DNA of 64,000 nucleotides from a virus: IMG/VR virus record IMGVR_UViG_3300047323_000673, positions 32,001 to 96,000 of that record; one strand, 5' to 3'. Shown piece by piece: positions 22,938 to 32,638 of this stretch (position 1 is its first letter; each line of letters starts with the position of its first letter). The notes under the pieces were generated by a model. It saw only the letters and a program-made list of their open reading frames with translations, ran no database searches and was not told where the DNA came from. The position numbers and the translations under genes were made by a program.

Positions 22938-23632
22938 ATTTTTATTTTCTTATTTGAGCTATCATTAACAGTCAAATCTTCATTCAATTTTTTTTGTAGA
23001 TGATAACTGTCAATGGCCTTATTTCTTTCTTCCCTATCTTCATAATTTATCCAATAAGGTTGATTAATAGTTGAGTCACTAAAAGATCCATAATTCCTTT
23101 TTAAGTTATATGGTTTCCAATTAGAGATATCTCCATGAAATGATGAGTTTAAAAACATCTGAGTCATATGCGTAACACTAGACACATCCCATTGTGAAAT
23201 ATCTCCATTAAATTGCGAGCCTGAAAACATAGCATTCATATTCTTAACTTTAGAAACATTCCATTTACTAATATCCCCGTTAAATGTAGAGTCAGAAAAC
23301 ATATTAAACATACTCTCAACATTAGATGTATCCCAATTAGATATATCGCCGTTGAAATCAGAGTATTTAAAGACACTATTCATACTAGTAACTTTAGAAA
23401 CATTCCATTTTGAAATATCTCCATTAAATTTTAAATCCGCAAATAAACCATCCATATCTGTAATCTGAGAAACATCTATATGATTTAAATCACAACAATC
23501 ACCATACTGATTAATTTCTTTTTCAATAACATATTTTAAATGATTAAGGCTTTTTGCCAAAATATACTTACTCAAATTTTGGTTTCGAATAGCCTGATAT
23601 TTTTCAGATAAGAATTTAAATTGAACGGCCAT
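22934..23632 (-). CDS. BspA/DUF285-like repeat protein with N-terminal extension, tagged
   Basis: Ends KLNEDLTVNDSSNKKIKI. Confidence 0.92.
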   Translation of the reverse strand: MAVQFKFLSEKYQAIRNQNLSKYILAKSLNHLKYVIEKEINQYGDCCDLNHIDVSQITDMDGLFADLKFNGDISKWNVSKVTSMNSVFKYSDFNGDISNWDTSNVESMFNMFSDSTFNGDISKWNVSKVKNMNAMFSGSQFNGDISQWDVSSVTHMTQMFLNSSFHGDISNWKPYNLKRNYGSFSDSTINQPYWINYEDREERNKAIDSYHLQKKLNEDLTVNDSSNKKIKI

Positions 23633-23736
23633 ATCTTCATCCTATTATTAGTTATGCTCAATTTTAACACAATAATTTATCAAATAATCATTTTTGTGCT
23701 ATCATATTATCTATCCAATAATGACCGGAGCTAAAA

Positions 23737-24189
23737 ATGAATCTTGAACCAATCCCTACAATGATTGAAGCAAGTAATTTAGATCAATTGAACGAACTTA
23801 AAAATATGTACCAGACTAATAAAGAAAATGGAGAAATTACATTTGATACAGCATTTATGGTATTGAGAAGTAAAGAAAATGACTTTTTAGCCTATTTTCA
23901 TGATGCAAGTAAAAATCCTACTATTAAAGAAACTGTTGAGTGGATGCAAGATACAGATAATCTAACATTCCCTGGAAATGTTTCACTTCAAGCAGGCATT
24001 ACTCAAAGATACGACGAAAAATTTCACAATGAACTCAAAACAGTAATTCCTGAAGTATTTGATGCCTGGTTAGCAAGAATGGATAAACTGGGTGAGATTA
24101 TGGAAAAAAATCCTAACCTAATCAGCCAACTTGAAGAATTTGTTAAAGATCTACCGCCAATACCAAAATCCTCAGTAAAAATTAAATGA
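23737..24189 (+). CDS. hypothetical protein
   Basis: SD GGAG, 150 aa; basic end KSSVKIK. Confidence 0.75.
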   Translation: MNLEPIPTMIEASNLDQLNELKNMYQTNKENGEITFDTAFMVLRSKENDFLAYFHDASKNPTIKETVEWMQDTDNLTFPGNVSLQAGITQRYDEKFHNELKTVIPEVFDAWLARMDKLGEIMEKNPNLISQLEEFVKDLPPIPKSSVKIK

Positions 24190-24255
24190 TATAAATTAAC
24201 TTGCACATTTTATAAATAAATATAATACTAAAACCAGTTAATCTAAAGGAAAAAA

Positions 24256-24615
24256 ATGTCATCTACTGTGAGCCGTTTAGAACGATATGCTGCTGAAAAT
24301 AAAAAAAATCCCTATAGCCGCCTCTATTCTATTACCTTAAATAAACCCCAAGGAACATATTTTTGTCTTATAAAAAATACAGAATGGGGTTTTATATTTG
24401 ATGGAATCATGAATCCACCACTACACAATATCTTCAAAGAAAAAGATATTTATCTCCAATATACCCATACTATTGAAGAAGTTATAGCTATGTCCCAAGA
24501 TGAACGAGCATTAATCCTAGCCCAAGAAACTTTTAATGATCAAGATATCTTTAACTTATATTGCCAAGAAAATAATATTGATATAATTGACAACTATACG
24601 GTTACTACCAAGTAA
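24256..24615 (+). CDS. hypothetical protein
   Basis: SD AAGGA, 119 aa, followed by a terminator. Confidence 0.75.
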   Translation: MSSTVSRLERYAAENKKNPYSRLYSITLNKPQGTYFCLIKNTEWGFIFDGIMNPPLHNIFKEKDIYLQYTHTIEEVIAMSQDERALILAQETFNDQDIFNLYCQENNIDIIDNYTVTTK

Positions 24616-24639
24616 AAAAGCCCCACTAAAGGGCTTTTT
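24615..24639. terminator. bidirectional intrinsic terminator
   Basis: aaaaagccc-N7-gggcttttt. Confidence 0.8.
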
Positions 24640-25012
24640 ATTGTTTCAATTTACCTTTACATTGAGCTTTAGGCACGAATTTTTTAGAAGCTTCCTCACA
24701 AGAACTTAAAGGAGGAGAACTATCAACAGTTTTAGTCATAAAAATATGAAAATCATCCTTAATATTCTTACATGATACTTGTAAGTGAAGTGCATAACCA
24801 TTCTCTGTTATGGTAGCAAATTTCGTAACCTTATCACATTTTTTATCACCAACAATATCTCTCAAATGTTTATCATCATTAATAGCATTCTTTAAAAGCT
24901 CTTTTTTGTCAGAACTTTTCATAAAAAATATATACAAATCATCAAACTCATATGCAGCAAATGAAGAACAAGCAAATAAGCTGAGAAGTGAACCAAGTAT
25001 TATTTTTTTCAT
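24638..25012 (-). CDS. secreted protein with signal peptide
   Basis: Start revised to ATG 25012 (SD AAGGA); MKKIILGSLLSLFACSSFAA; several Cys in the mature part. Confidence 0.7.
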   Translation of the reverse strand: MKKIILGSLLSLFACSSFAAYEFDDLYIFFMKSSDKKELLKNAINDDKHLRDIVGDKKCDKVTKFATITENGYALHLQVSCKNIKDDFHIFMTKTVDSSPPLSSCEEASKKFVPKAQCKGKLKQ

Positions 25013-25121
25013 GATAATAGTCCTTAAATTGGAGTGATTATATAAAGATATAAGAAAATTAGGAGAAGGCAAATCAAATTGTTGTTTTAACACTAAAATC
25101 CAACGATTTTAACCTTAAAAT

Positions 25122-25151
25122 TTGACATAAAATCTGCTTGTTTGTTAAAAT
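25122..25151 (+). promoter_or_regulatory. sigma70 promoter
   Basis: TTGACA-N18-TAAAAT with TG extension, upstream of 25177. Confidence 0.65.
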
Positions 25152-25176
25152 GTTGCTTCAAACAAACTGATTTTAT

Positions 25177-27213
25177 ATGAAACCAACTAAAGAGCAGCAA
25201 TTACAAAGAGCTAAAGATTATGCAAAAAGTAGAAAAGGTGGTCAGTGTCTTTCTAGTGAATACATAACAGTTAAAGCTAAGCTTCATTGGAAATGTCATA
25301 ATCCCGATCATCCGAGTTGGTATGCATCTGGCGAAATAATTAGCAGAGGTTCTTGGTGTACTTTATGTATAAAAGAAGAGCAAGCCAAGAAATATGCTTT
25401 AAATGATGGATTACAAAAAGCTCAAGCTCGTGCAGCAGAAGAGGGTGGAAAATGTCTTTCTACTGAATATAAAAAGGCAAAAGCTAAATTAAAATGGGAA
25501 TGTAATCAAGGACATACTTGGGAATCTACATTTGAGCATGTAGTGACAAGAAAACAGTGGTGTAAAGAGTGTGATAAGGATCGTGGAGTTATACATGATG
25601 CTTATGAACAAGCTCTTATGTATGTTAAATCTAATAATAAAGATGGTAATTTTAAATTCTCAAAGTCAGATAAAATTAAATCTCATACTTTAATTGAATG
25701 GAAATGCAAAAACGACAAACATAAACCTTGGTTTGCTGAATTTAGAAATGTTGTTAAAAATGGTGGATGGTGTCGTTATTGTGCAGGTAAGTTTACTGCT
25801 GAGGAATATTTGGAAATGGCAAAGGAATATGCTATTTCACAAGGTGGAACATGTTTATCTGATAAATATGAAAATCAAAATACTAAATTAGAATTTAAAT
25901 GTCATAATCCTAAACATAAATCATGGTTTTCATGTTATGACCACTTGGTTCCTAATAAACGATGGTGTAAAGATTGTGAACATGAAAACGATAAGCCTTT
26001 ACGAGATAAATATCTTAATAAAGCAAAAGAACATGCTTTATCTAAAGGAGGAGAATGTTTATCTACCGAATATACAAGAAGCAATGATAAATTGTTGTGG
26101 CAATGTGTCGATAAAAGTCATCAACCTTGGGAAGCAACATATGGAAATGTCGTTGGTACTCTTGATCGTTGGTGTCCTAGATGTGTTGGGCAATTTTCTG
26201 CGGAAGAATGGTTAGAAAAAGCTAAAATTCATGCTGAAAGTAAAGGTGGAGAATTTTTAAGTAAAAAATTTACTACTGTAAATGATCATTATCTGTGGAA
26301 GTGTATTGATCCTTCTCATAAAAGTTGGGCCACATCCATGAGTAATGTTTTCAATAATAATACTTGGTGTCCTGAGTGTGGAAATAGCACTTATTATAAA
26401 GAGAATAATACTAGGGTAATTTTAGAATATTTATTAGGATTTAATCTTAATAAAGCTAGGCCATCATGGATTATAAATCCTGAAACCGATCATTCATTAG
26501 AACTTGATGGATACAATGAAGAACATAAGTTTGCTTTTGAATTTCAAGGAAGGCATCATTTTGAAGATAATGTTTATGATGGTAGTAACTTAGAAGATAT
26601 CATTAAAAAAGACAAAATTAAAAAGAAAAGCTGTGAAGATAACGGAGTTTATTTATTTGTTATAAATGATGTTAAGCAGGTATCTTCGATTGATGATTGG
26701 ATTGCTTATGTAGTAGATGAACTAGAAAAAAATAATATAAACTTTAATAAATATTTTGATTATGATGAGTTAGTTAAAAAAATTATTGAAGCTAATAAAA
26801 CTAGTTATAAGGATGCTTTTCTAGAGAAAGCTAAGGTATATGCTGAATCAAAAGGTGGAGAATGTTTATCAGAATATTATATAAATTACAATACTCCATT
26901 GAAATGGAAGTGTAGAAATGATGAGCATCCATTTTGGGAAACAGGCATATGGATAATAGATAGAAATGCTTGGTGTCCTCGATGTGTAGGTAAATTTTCT
27001 AAAGAAGAATTTTTAGAAAAAGCTAAATTATATGCAAAATCTAAAAAAGGTCATTGCTTGTCAGCAGAATATATAAACTCTAATACACCATTAGAATGGA
27101 AATGCCATGATGATATGCACCCAATTTTTTTTAGGACAACGGAGATCATAAGCAAAAATCGTTGGTGTCCAGAGTGCAAAGACAAAGATTATTTTAAAAA
27201 CTATAAACAATAA
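25177..27213 (+). CDS. Zn-ribbon repeat protein with central PD-(D/E)XK (Vsr/DUF559-like) endonuclease
   Basis: About 8 repeats GGxCLSxxY..L.WxC...H..W...WCxxC; LELDGYNEEHKFAFEFQGRHH nuclease motif. Confidence 0.75.
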   Translation: MKPTKEQQLQRAKDYAKSRKGGQCLSSEYITVKAKLHWKCHNPDHPSWYASGEIISRGSWCTLCIKEEQAKKYALNDGLQKAQARAAEEGGKCLSTEYKKAKAKLKWECNQGHTWESTFEHVVTRKQWCKECDKDRGVIHDAYEQALMYVKSNNKDGNFKFSKSDKIKSHTLIEWKCKNDKHKPWFAEFRNVVKNGGWCRYCAGKFTAEEYLEMAKEYAISQGGTCLSDKYENQNTKLEFKCHNPKHKSWFSCYDHLVPNKRWCKDCEHENDKPLRDKYLNKAKEHALSKGGECLSTEYTRSNDKLLWQCVDKSHQPWEATYGNVVGTLDRWCPRCVGQFSAEEWLEKAKIHAESKGGEFLSKKFTTVNDHYLWKCIDPSHKSWATSMSNVFNNNTWCPECGNSTYYKENNTRVILEYLLGFNLNKARPSWIINPETDHSLELDGYNEEHKFAFEFQGRHHFEDNVYDGSNLEDIIKKDKIKKKSCEDNGVYLFVINDVKQVSSIDDWIAYVVDELEKNNINFNKYFDYDELVKKIIEANKTSYKDAFLEKAKVYAESKGGECLSEYYINYNTPLKWKCRNDEHPFWETGIWIIDRNAWCPRCVGKFSKEEFLEKAKLYAKSKKGHCLSAEYINSNTPLEWKCHDDMHPIFFRTTEIISKNRWCPECKDKDYFKNYKQ

Positions 27214-27216
27214 AAC

Positions 27217-27243
27217 AAAAAGCCTCCATCTAGGAGGCTTTTT
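27217..27243. terminator. bidirectional intrinsic terminator
   Basis: aaaaagcctcc-atcta-ggaggcttttt. Confidence 0.9.
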
Positions 27244-27259
27244 AATTTTCTATTCCTTA

Positions 27260-28123
27260 TTAACTAGGGAAAGCTACAATTGGATCACGCTTATGTTGAG
27301 TAATAACATATTGATGAATGATTTTAGCCTCAACTTCAGGTGCAATTTCTTTATGCATTAGGAATGCATCAAGAGACTCATATGGGAAGCCAAAGCCAAC
27401 ATCATCGAGTTTGCCTGGATTTAGCTCTTCTAAATCTGCGGTTGGCAATTTCGCCCAAAGTCTTTCTGGTGCACCAAGTTCTTTAGCAACTAGACGAACT
27501 TGAGTTTTAATAAGGCCATTAAGAACAGTTAAGTCGGCTGCGCCATCTCCAAACTTTGTAAAGAATCCAGTAGCTGCCTCACTTCCGTGATCTGTTGACA
27601 AAACGGCCATACGAAGTGCCGCTGCAACAAAAAATTGTGCGCTCATTCTGATTCTAGCTTTGCCGTTACCTTTATGGAAGTCCCTCTGTTCAGGAGTCAG
27701 GTTGAAGCCTGTAGCTTCTAGTGCATTAACACATTCCATTGCTAGTGCAGTAGCAGCAGGGCCAACATTAACGGTTTGAATAATATCAGGATTAATGAAT
27801 TTCAGTGCTTCTTGTGCATCAGCTTCATCAAGTTGAACACCAGCAGGCAAGCGCATTGCAACGAATTTTGCATCATAGCCTTCAGCACGAAGTTCTTCAC
27901 ATGCTAGTTGAGCGAGTCGGCCAGCAGTAGTTGAGTCAACACCACCACTAATACCAAGGACATAACCCTTAAGACCAGTAGTGCGGAGGAAGTTTTTCAG
28001 ATAATCAATGCGGTCACGAATCGCTTTTTGAGCATTAAATTTGCTCATATCAGTGCCGAATAGTTTAAGAATTTCCGCTTTAATTGCATTGTATTCTGGG
28101 GTGCCGTAGACTAGTGCTTTCAT
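27260..28123 (-). CDS. nadE: NH3-dependent NAD+ synthetase
   Basis: VLGISGGVDS, STDH..E...GFFTKFGDG and PTADLE motifs; start revised to ATG 28123 with SD AAGGAG; visibly GC-richer than flanks. Confidence 0.93.
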   Translation of the reverse strand: MKALVYGTPEYNAIKAEILKLFGTDMSKFNAQKAIRDRIDYLKNFLRTTGLKGYVLGISGGVDSTTAGRLAQLACEELRAEGYDAKFVAMRLPAGVQLDEADAQEALKFINPDIIQTVNVGPAATALAMECVNALEATGFNLTPEQRDFHKGNGKARIRMSAQFFVAAALRMAVLSTDHGSEAATGFFTKFGDGAADLTVLNGLIKTQVRLVAKELGAPERLWAKLPTADLEELNPGKLDDVGFGFPYESLDAFLMHKEIAPEVEAKIIHQYVITQHKRDPIVAFPS

Positions 28124-28166
28124 GTTTTTTCTCCTTGTTGAACTGTCATTTCGTTTCAGTAAGGTA

Positions 28167-28200
28167 ATGATATCGCACTTAGTTGGAAATGTCAACTAAG
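28167..28200 (-). promoter_or_regulatory. nadE sigma70 promoter with overlapping palindromic operator
   Basis: TTGACA (28195-28190)-N17-TATCAT; CTTAGTTG-N7-CAACTAAG at 28178..28200. Confidence 0.7.
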
Positions 28201-28276
28201 TATCTACACTTTTTTGAAAAAATTTTAGCAACTAGTATTTCTACGGTATAACTGTCATGAGATGTATAAGAAATAA

Positions 28277-28302
28277 TAAAGCCTCCAATTAGGAGGCTTT
28301 TA
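28277..28302. terminator. intrinsic terminator
   Basis: aaagcctcc-aatta-ggaggcttt. Confidence 0.85.
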
Positions 28303-28303
28303 T

Positions 28304-29131
28304 TTAATTTTTCAATGCTGCTTTTTTCGTAGATTCCTCATATATTAAGGAAATATTCATTAATTCGCCAATAACTTCAACAGGAGTATAAGTAAGATTT
28401 TTTAAAGTATCTAAACTTTTTTCTCTATCAAGATTTATTAAGTATGTAGAAGTTTCAATATGATTGTTTTTTACACTTAATCTTAATGCTTCATAATTAT
28501 TAAGTTTAAAGTCAGCACCATTTTCCACCAATAATTTTACTATTTCTGTTTTTCCTAATTCTGCGGCTCTCATTAAAGCTCTTTCATTACGATAATGTAA
28601 ATCCGCCCCTTTATTTATAAGATTTTTTAAATCATCATTATTTCCATTTACAGCAGAAAATAATAATTGTTCATTAGCAAAATATTGTGGGTTTTTAGCT
28701 TTTACCAATTTTTCTGATACAAAACTAGAATCTATAGTTTGTCCATTTTTGGTTTCATGACAAACAGAAGCTTCAACTAAACAATTTTTTACATTATCGG
28801 AAAACATACTTAAATCACTATTCAAAACAGTTTGTGCTATTTTTCTTTGATTCTCAGTAGATAATACCAAAATATCTTTATCGTTTCTTTGAGTTAGGAA
28901 AGGACATTTTTCTGCTATTGTATTCATTAATGTAGTTACAGAGGTTCTTAAAAGTTTTTCTTTTTGAGCTACTCCCTCTGTCGTACATATGAAATTATTA
29001 ATTGATCTGGCAAATCCTTTAATGGCTTTTTCAAAATGTTCTTGAGTATAATCGGATTTATTTTTTAATAGAATGTCTGCTGCATCCTGAGCAGCAAGCT
29101 GAACCTTGGAATCAAAATTTTCATTTAACAT
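28304..29131 (-). CDS. ankyrin repeat protein (C-terminal repeats)
   Basis: LINKGADLH, ALMRAAELGKTEIVKLLVENGAD. Confidence 0.85.
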   Translation of the reverse strand: MLNENFDSKVQLAAQDAADILLKNKSDYTQEHFEKAIKGFARSINNFICTTEGVAQKEKLLRTSVTTLMNTIAEKCPFLTQRNDKDILVLSTENQRKIAQTVLNSDLSMFSDNVKNCLVEASVCHETKNGQTIDSSFVSEKLVKAKNPQYFANEQLLFSAVNGNNDDLKNLINKGADLHYRNERALMRAAELGKTEIVKLLVENGADFKLNNYEALRLSVKNNHIETSTYLINLDREKSLDTLKNLTYTPVEVIGELMNISLIYEESTKKAALKN

Positions 29132-29274
29132 AATATTCCCTTTATATTTATATTTTAATTATATTTAGGTTAAAAAGTAAGTCAAATAATTCTAAACTAT
29201 GTTATAATTATTAAAAATGAGATAAACAAAAGAATAGTGGAACTGAGATTTTAACTAATAGCAATAATATAGGA

Positions 29275-29520
29275 GTGATTATGAAAAGTAAGCTTCAAAT
29301 CTTTCTTAAAAGTATTATGTTTCTTGGAGTATGCTTCGGATTTGTTATTGTTGGATTAATTTACAATGATCTGAAAACAGAAACTAATCAGCCAAAGAAA
29401 GAGCTAGTAGTAGGAACTGAAATAAAATGGTCTGAATTTAAGGAAGAACCAATAGAAACAAGTGAGCCACCACTAGATGATCAATGGTTTTTACTTACCA
29501 CCATAATTATTGCAAGTTAA
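29275..29520 (+). CDS. small membrane protein
   Basis: N-terminal TM helix, hydrophobic C-terminus. Confidence 0.65.
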   Translation: MIMKSKLQIFLKSIMFLGVCFGFVIVGLIYNDLKTETNQPKKELVVGTEIKWSEFKEEPIETSEPPLDDQWFLLTTIIIAS

Positions 29521-29525
29521 TCATA

Positions 29526-29548
29526 GGCCCCGTTAGGGGTTTTTTTTA
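29526..29548 (+). terminator. intrinsic terminator
   Basis: ggcccc-gtta-ggggtt plus T-run. Confidence 0.75.
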
Positions 29549-29643
29549 TTGGTTATTCAAATATTTTTTATACCCATAATTGTATTTTTACTTTTAATAC
29601 TTTTTAATTTACAATAAGTTATAAGAATAATTATATTAATACC

Positions 29644-30501
29644 ATGAAGCCAACCATCAAAGCGAAGGACACTGAACATTTAAAAAATCTTATTCAGAAA
29701 GAGATATCAATAAATGGAAATCAATGTGACTTAAACCATATTGATGTCAGTGGAATTACTGATATGGGAGGACTATTTTTTAACTCAAAATTTAATGGAA
29801 ATATATCTGAGTGGGATGTTTCAAATGTCACAGATATGAGTGATATGTTTTATTGTTCACAATTTAATAGCAATATCTCTCAATGGAATGTCTCTAATGT
29901 TAAAGATATGCAGTGCATGTTTCAACAAAGTCAGTTTAATGGTGATATTTCAAATTGGAATACATCAAAAGTAAGAGATATGATGAATATGTTTAGAGAG
30001 TCAAAATTTAATGGCAATCTTAGTAAATGGAATGTGAACAATGTAGTTGATATGAGCTATATGTTTTATTGTTCACACTTTAATGATGACATAAGCCAAT
30101 GGAATACATCTAGTGTTAAAGATATGAATCATATGTTTGCTGGAACATTTTTTAATCAAGATATATCTAATTGGAATGTACAAAATGTACTTCTTATGCA
30201 TGGTATGTTTTTAGGATCTACATTTAATAAAGATATTTCAAAATGGGATGTATCGGAAGTTTCAAATATGTCTTATATGTTTTGTGATTCAAAATTTATT
30301 GGTGATTTATCTCAATGGAAACCTTATAGATTAAATGCGTTTGGAGATTTTTTTAAAGGTTCTAAATGTGCTGTTCCTTATTGGGCAAAGTGTGAAAATC
30401 AAGCCGAAAGAGTAAAAGCAATTGATATTTTTAATTTCAATGAAGAATTAAATAAAGAATTACCCCATAATAAAAGTGGAAATAAAAAACTAAAAATTTA
30501 A
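29644..30501 (+). CDS. BspA/DUF285-like repeat protein, C-terminally tagged
   Basis: 285 aa; ends [18 protein letters not shown]. Confidence 0.92.
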   Translation: MKPTIKAKDTEHLKNLIQKEISINGNQCDLNHIDVSGITDMGGLFFNSKFNGNISEWDVSNVTDMSDMFYCSQFNSNISQWNVSNVKDMQCMFQQSQFNGDISNWNTSKVRDMMNMFRESKFNGNLSKWNVNNVVDMSYMFYCSHFNDDISQWNTSSVKDMNHMFAGTFFNQDISNWNVQNVLLMHGMFLGSTFNKDISKWDVSEVSNMSYMFCDSKFIGDLSQWKPYRLNAFGDFFKGSKCAVPYWAKCENQAERVKAIDIFNFNEELNKELPHNKSGNKKLKI

Positions 30502-30601
30502 TGATAAATAAAAGCTATTAATAGTATTTTTTTGATTAAATTTAATTTTTAAAGTATTGTTAATACCTGTATATATTGATTTATATGTTATAAACAAAAA
30601 A

Positions 30602-30623
30602 ATAGCTCCAATCAAGGAGCTAT
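30602..30623. terminator. bidirectional intrinsic terminator
   Basis: atagctcc-N6-ggagctat flanked by A- and T-runs. Confidence 0.8.
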
Positions 30624-30642
30624 CTTTTTTATACTTAAGCAA

Positions 30643-31035
30643 TCAATCAATCATACCATCATTTGAATTTGCCTCATCGTTTGAGATTGGCTCATCAGTT
30701 GTGACTGATTTATTTGTCGCACCTTCTTTTTTAGTGTTGTTGGGATTGAATTGCTTATCACTCATGCGATATTTATCCCTGCGATCTCCCATAAGGTAGC
30801 GAAGATCCTTAATTGATAGGCCGCTTACTTCATGCATGCGGATCAAGAGAGATGCACCAACAGGTAGGCGATGGTGTCGGATTTTAGAGATAACAGGAGG
30901 TGCAACCTCAAGTGCGCGGGATAGTGCTGCATCATTTTTCAAATTAAGGTTTTGCACAAGGGTATCAAGTAGACGATTAGGATTGTATCCCAATGGATCA
31001 CCACTCATATCTGCCATATCAATTTGTTCTGTCAT
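30643..31035 (-). CDS. small HTH protein of a type recalled from Oxalobacteraceae
   Basis: YNPNRLLDTL..NLNLKNDAALSRALEVAPPVISKIRH.RLPVGASLLIRMHE; SD GGAG; GC-richer than flanks. Confidence 0.75.
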   Translation of the reverse strand: MTEQIDMADMSGDPLGYNPNRLLDTLVQNLNLKNDAALSRALEVAPPVISKIRHHRLPVGASLLIRMHEVSGLSIKDLRYLMGDRRDKYRMSDKQFNPNNTKKEGATNKSVTTDEPISNDEANSNDGMID

Positions 31036-31213
31036 AATGGACTCCAGTTAGCTAGTAATTCATAAAATTGACCAAGTTGCCCCAATACCTTCAGAGAAGT
31101 GTATGGATTATACATAAATTTTAACAAGAAGTGTGTATTATTTGAACAGAATGATAGGTAGCGAACACAAAGTGTGCTGATAAGGTCAAGTTGGATAGGA
31201 AGCCATTAAAGTT

Positions 31214-31254
31214 TAGCCCCAATAATTAGATTATGATAATCATTATTGGAGCTA
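31214..31254 (-). terminator. long imperfect hairpin, probable terminator
   Basis: tagc-c-ccaataat-ta-gattat-g-ataatc-attattgg-a-gcta just downstream of 31275..32030. Confidence 0.5.
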
Positions 31255-31274
31255 GAAACATTTTAAGTGGATAT

Positions 31275-32030
31275 TTACATCTTAAGTTTACGATGGCTTT
31301 GAGGTTCTTGATCATCTAACTCTTGAGCTAGTGAACTGTTTAAATCTCTGATAGTGAACATTTTTTTAGCATCTTCATTTTCTTTGATGATTTCGCTAAT
31401 TTGCTCAGTTTTTTGGATGTTTAAATCAAAAATAAAAAAACTTAAAAGTTCATGGTTGTTAAGTTCACACACTTCTTTAAATGTTAGAATTGGATCTAAA
31501 ACATTTTTTAAATTAGGTGTATTGAAAAAATGCTTGATGACAAAAGAGTTACCATCATTGCAGCCATACTCAATAATATCTAATTTAGGCCACATATATA
31601 AATTATATTTACTGGTATCATTCAAATCTAGAACAGCATCTAAAAATTCAAGATTATCTTCATAAGCTGCTTTAGCTGGCAGTCTACTTTGTAAATATAG
31701 AACTCTACTTAATTTAGGTTCTCTTTCTAGATATCTAATGACATCATAATTTCTATTTTGATTGTTTACTGCTATTTTTAAGCCAGTAGAAATATTTTGT
31801 GAAAGATTAACATAATCACCAGCAGTATGATGGTCTACCAAAAACTTAATTGTATCTAGGTCATTAGATTCACAAGCGGCTAAAAATATTTCTTTAGCAT
31901 AAGCACTTCCATTGTAAGGAAGTTCAAAAGAGATTTTATTGATTAAATCTTTAACAGTGCTTAAATCTGCTTTTTTGCAAGCTTGAGTAAGTTCATTAAC
32001 TAAGTAAGTTTGGTCTTTATTTGTATTCAT
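31275..32030 (-). CDS. degenerate ankyrin-like repeat protein, C-terminally tagged
   Basis: ACKKADL, ACESNDLDTIKFL, FFIFDLNI; ends LAQELDDQEPQSHRKLKM. Confidence 0.75.
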   Translation of the reverse strand: MNTNKDQTYLVNELTQACKKADLSTVKDLINKISFELPYNGSAYAKEIFLAACESNDLDTIKFLVDHHTAGDYVNLSQNISTGLKIAVNNQNRNYDVIRYLEREPKLSRVLYLQSRLPAKAAYEDNLEFLDAVLDLNDTSKYNLYMWPKLDIIEYGCNDGNSFVIKHFFNTPNLKNVLDPILTFKEVCELNNHELLSFFIFDLNIQKTEQISEIIKENEDAKKMFTIRDLNSSLAQELDDQEPQSHRKLKM

Positions 32031-32081
32031 AGTTTAGTGTAATTTATTATGTAAATATTATAACAATATTATTTTTTAATA

Positions 32082-32531
32082 CTAGATTTTTAGTACTTTA
32101 TTAGCACTTGAATTATTGTCTAGACTTTCTTGCAGTTCATAATATATCTTAGATTTTTCCATAACAGACTTCATATTGTGAAATGCATTGTCACTAATTT
32201 CTTGTCCGTACATTTCTGCAAGACCTTCAAAGATATTATCCATATAAAAATTATACATTTTAATTATATGAGGATTTTGGGAGTGTTCTCTATCAATAAA
32301 ATTTATGGATAATTTATTAAATATTTCATAGTTATTAACACATAATGCACCTAACATTTTAGACAATTCATTTAATCTAGAACCAAAATCTTCTTTAAAT
32401 TTAAGATCATAGGTTATTTCATCTTTTAGTAATCGTCTTTCATCAATCGGAAGATTAGAAAGATATTCATTTATAGCTTGAGTTAATTCGCTTTTATTAT
32501 GATCTAATTTTCTTTTATAACTAAAAAACAT
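32082..32531 (-). CDS. hypothetical protein with C-terminal tag
   Basis: Ends ELQESLDNNSSANKVLKI. Confidence 0.78.
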   Translation of the reverse strand: MFFSYKRKLDHNKSELTQAINEYLSNLPIDERRLLKDEITYDLKFKEDFGSRLNELSKMLGALCVNNYEIFNKLSINFIDREHSQNPHIIKMYNFYMDNIFEGLAEMYGQEISDNAFHNMKSVMEKSKIYYELQESLDNNSSANKVLKI

Positions 32532-32638
32532 GTTCGCTCCAAATAGTATTTGGTTTATTTTAACATAGTATTAAGTAATTATGATTTAATTTTTACTTAT
32601 TTATTCCTTTTGTTATAATTTATTGAAGGAAATAAATA

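Noticed and set aside
28178..28200. NrtR box assignment for the nadE palindrome
   Set aside because: Spacing is GT-N11-AC rather than the GT-N7-AC core I recall for NrtR sites; left as an unassigned operator.
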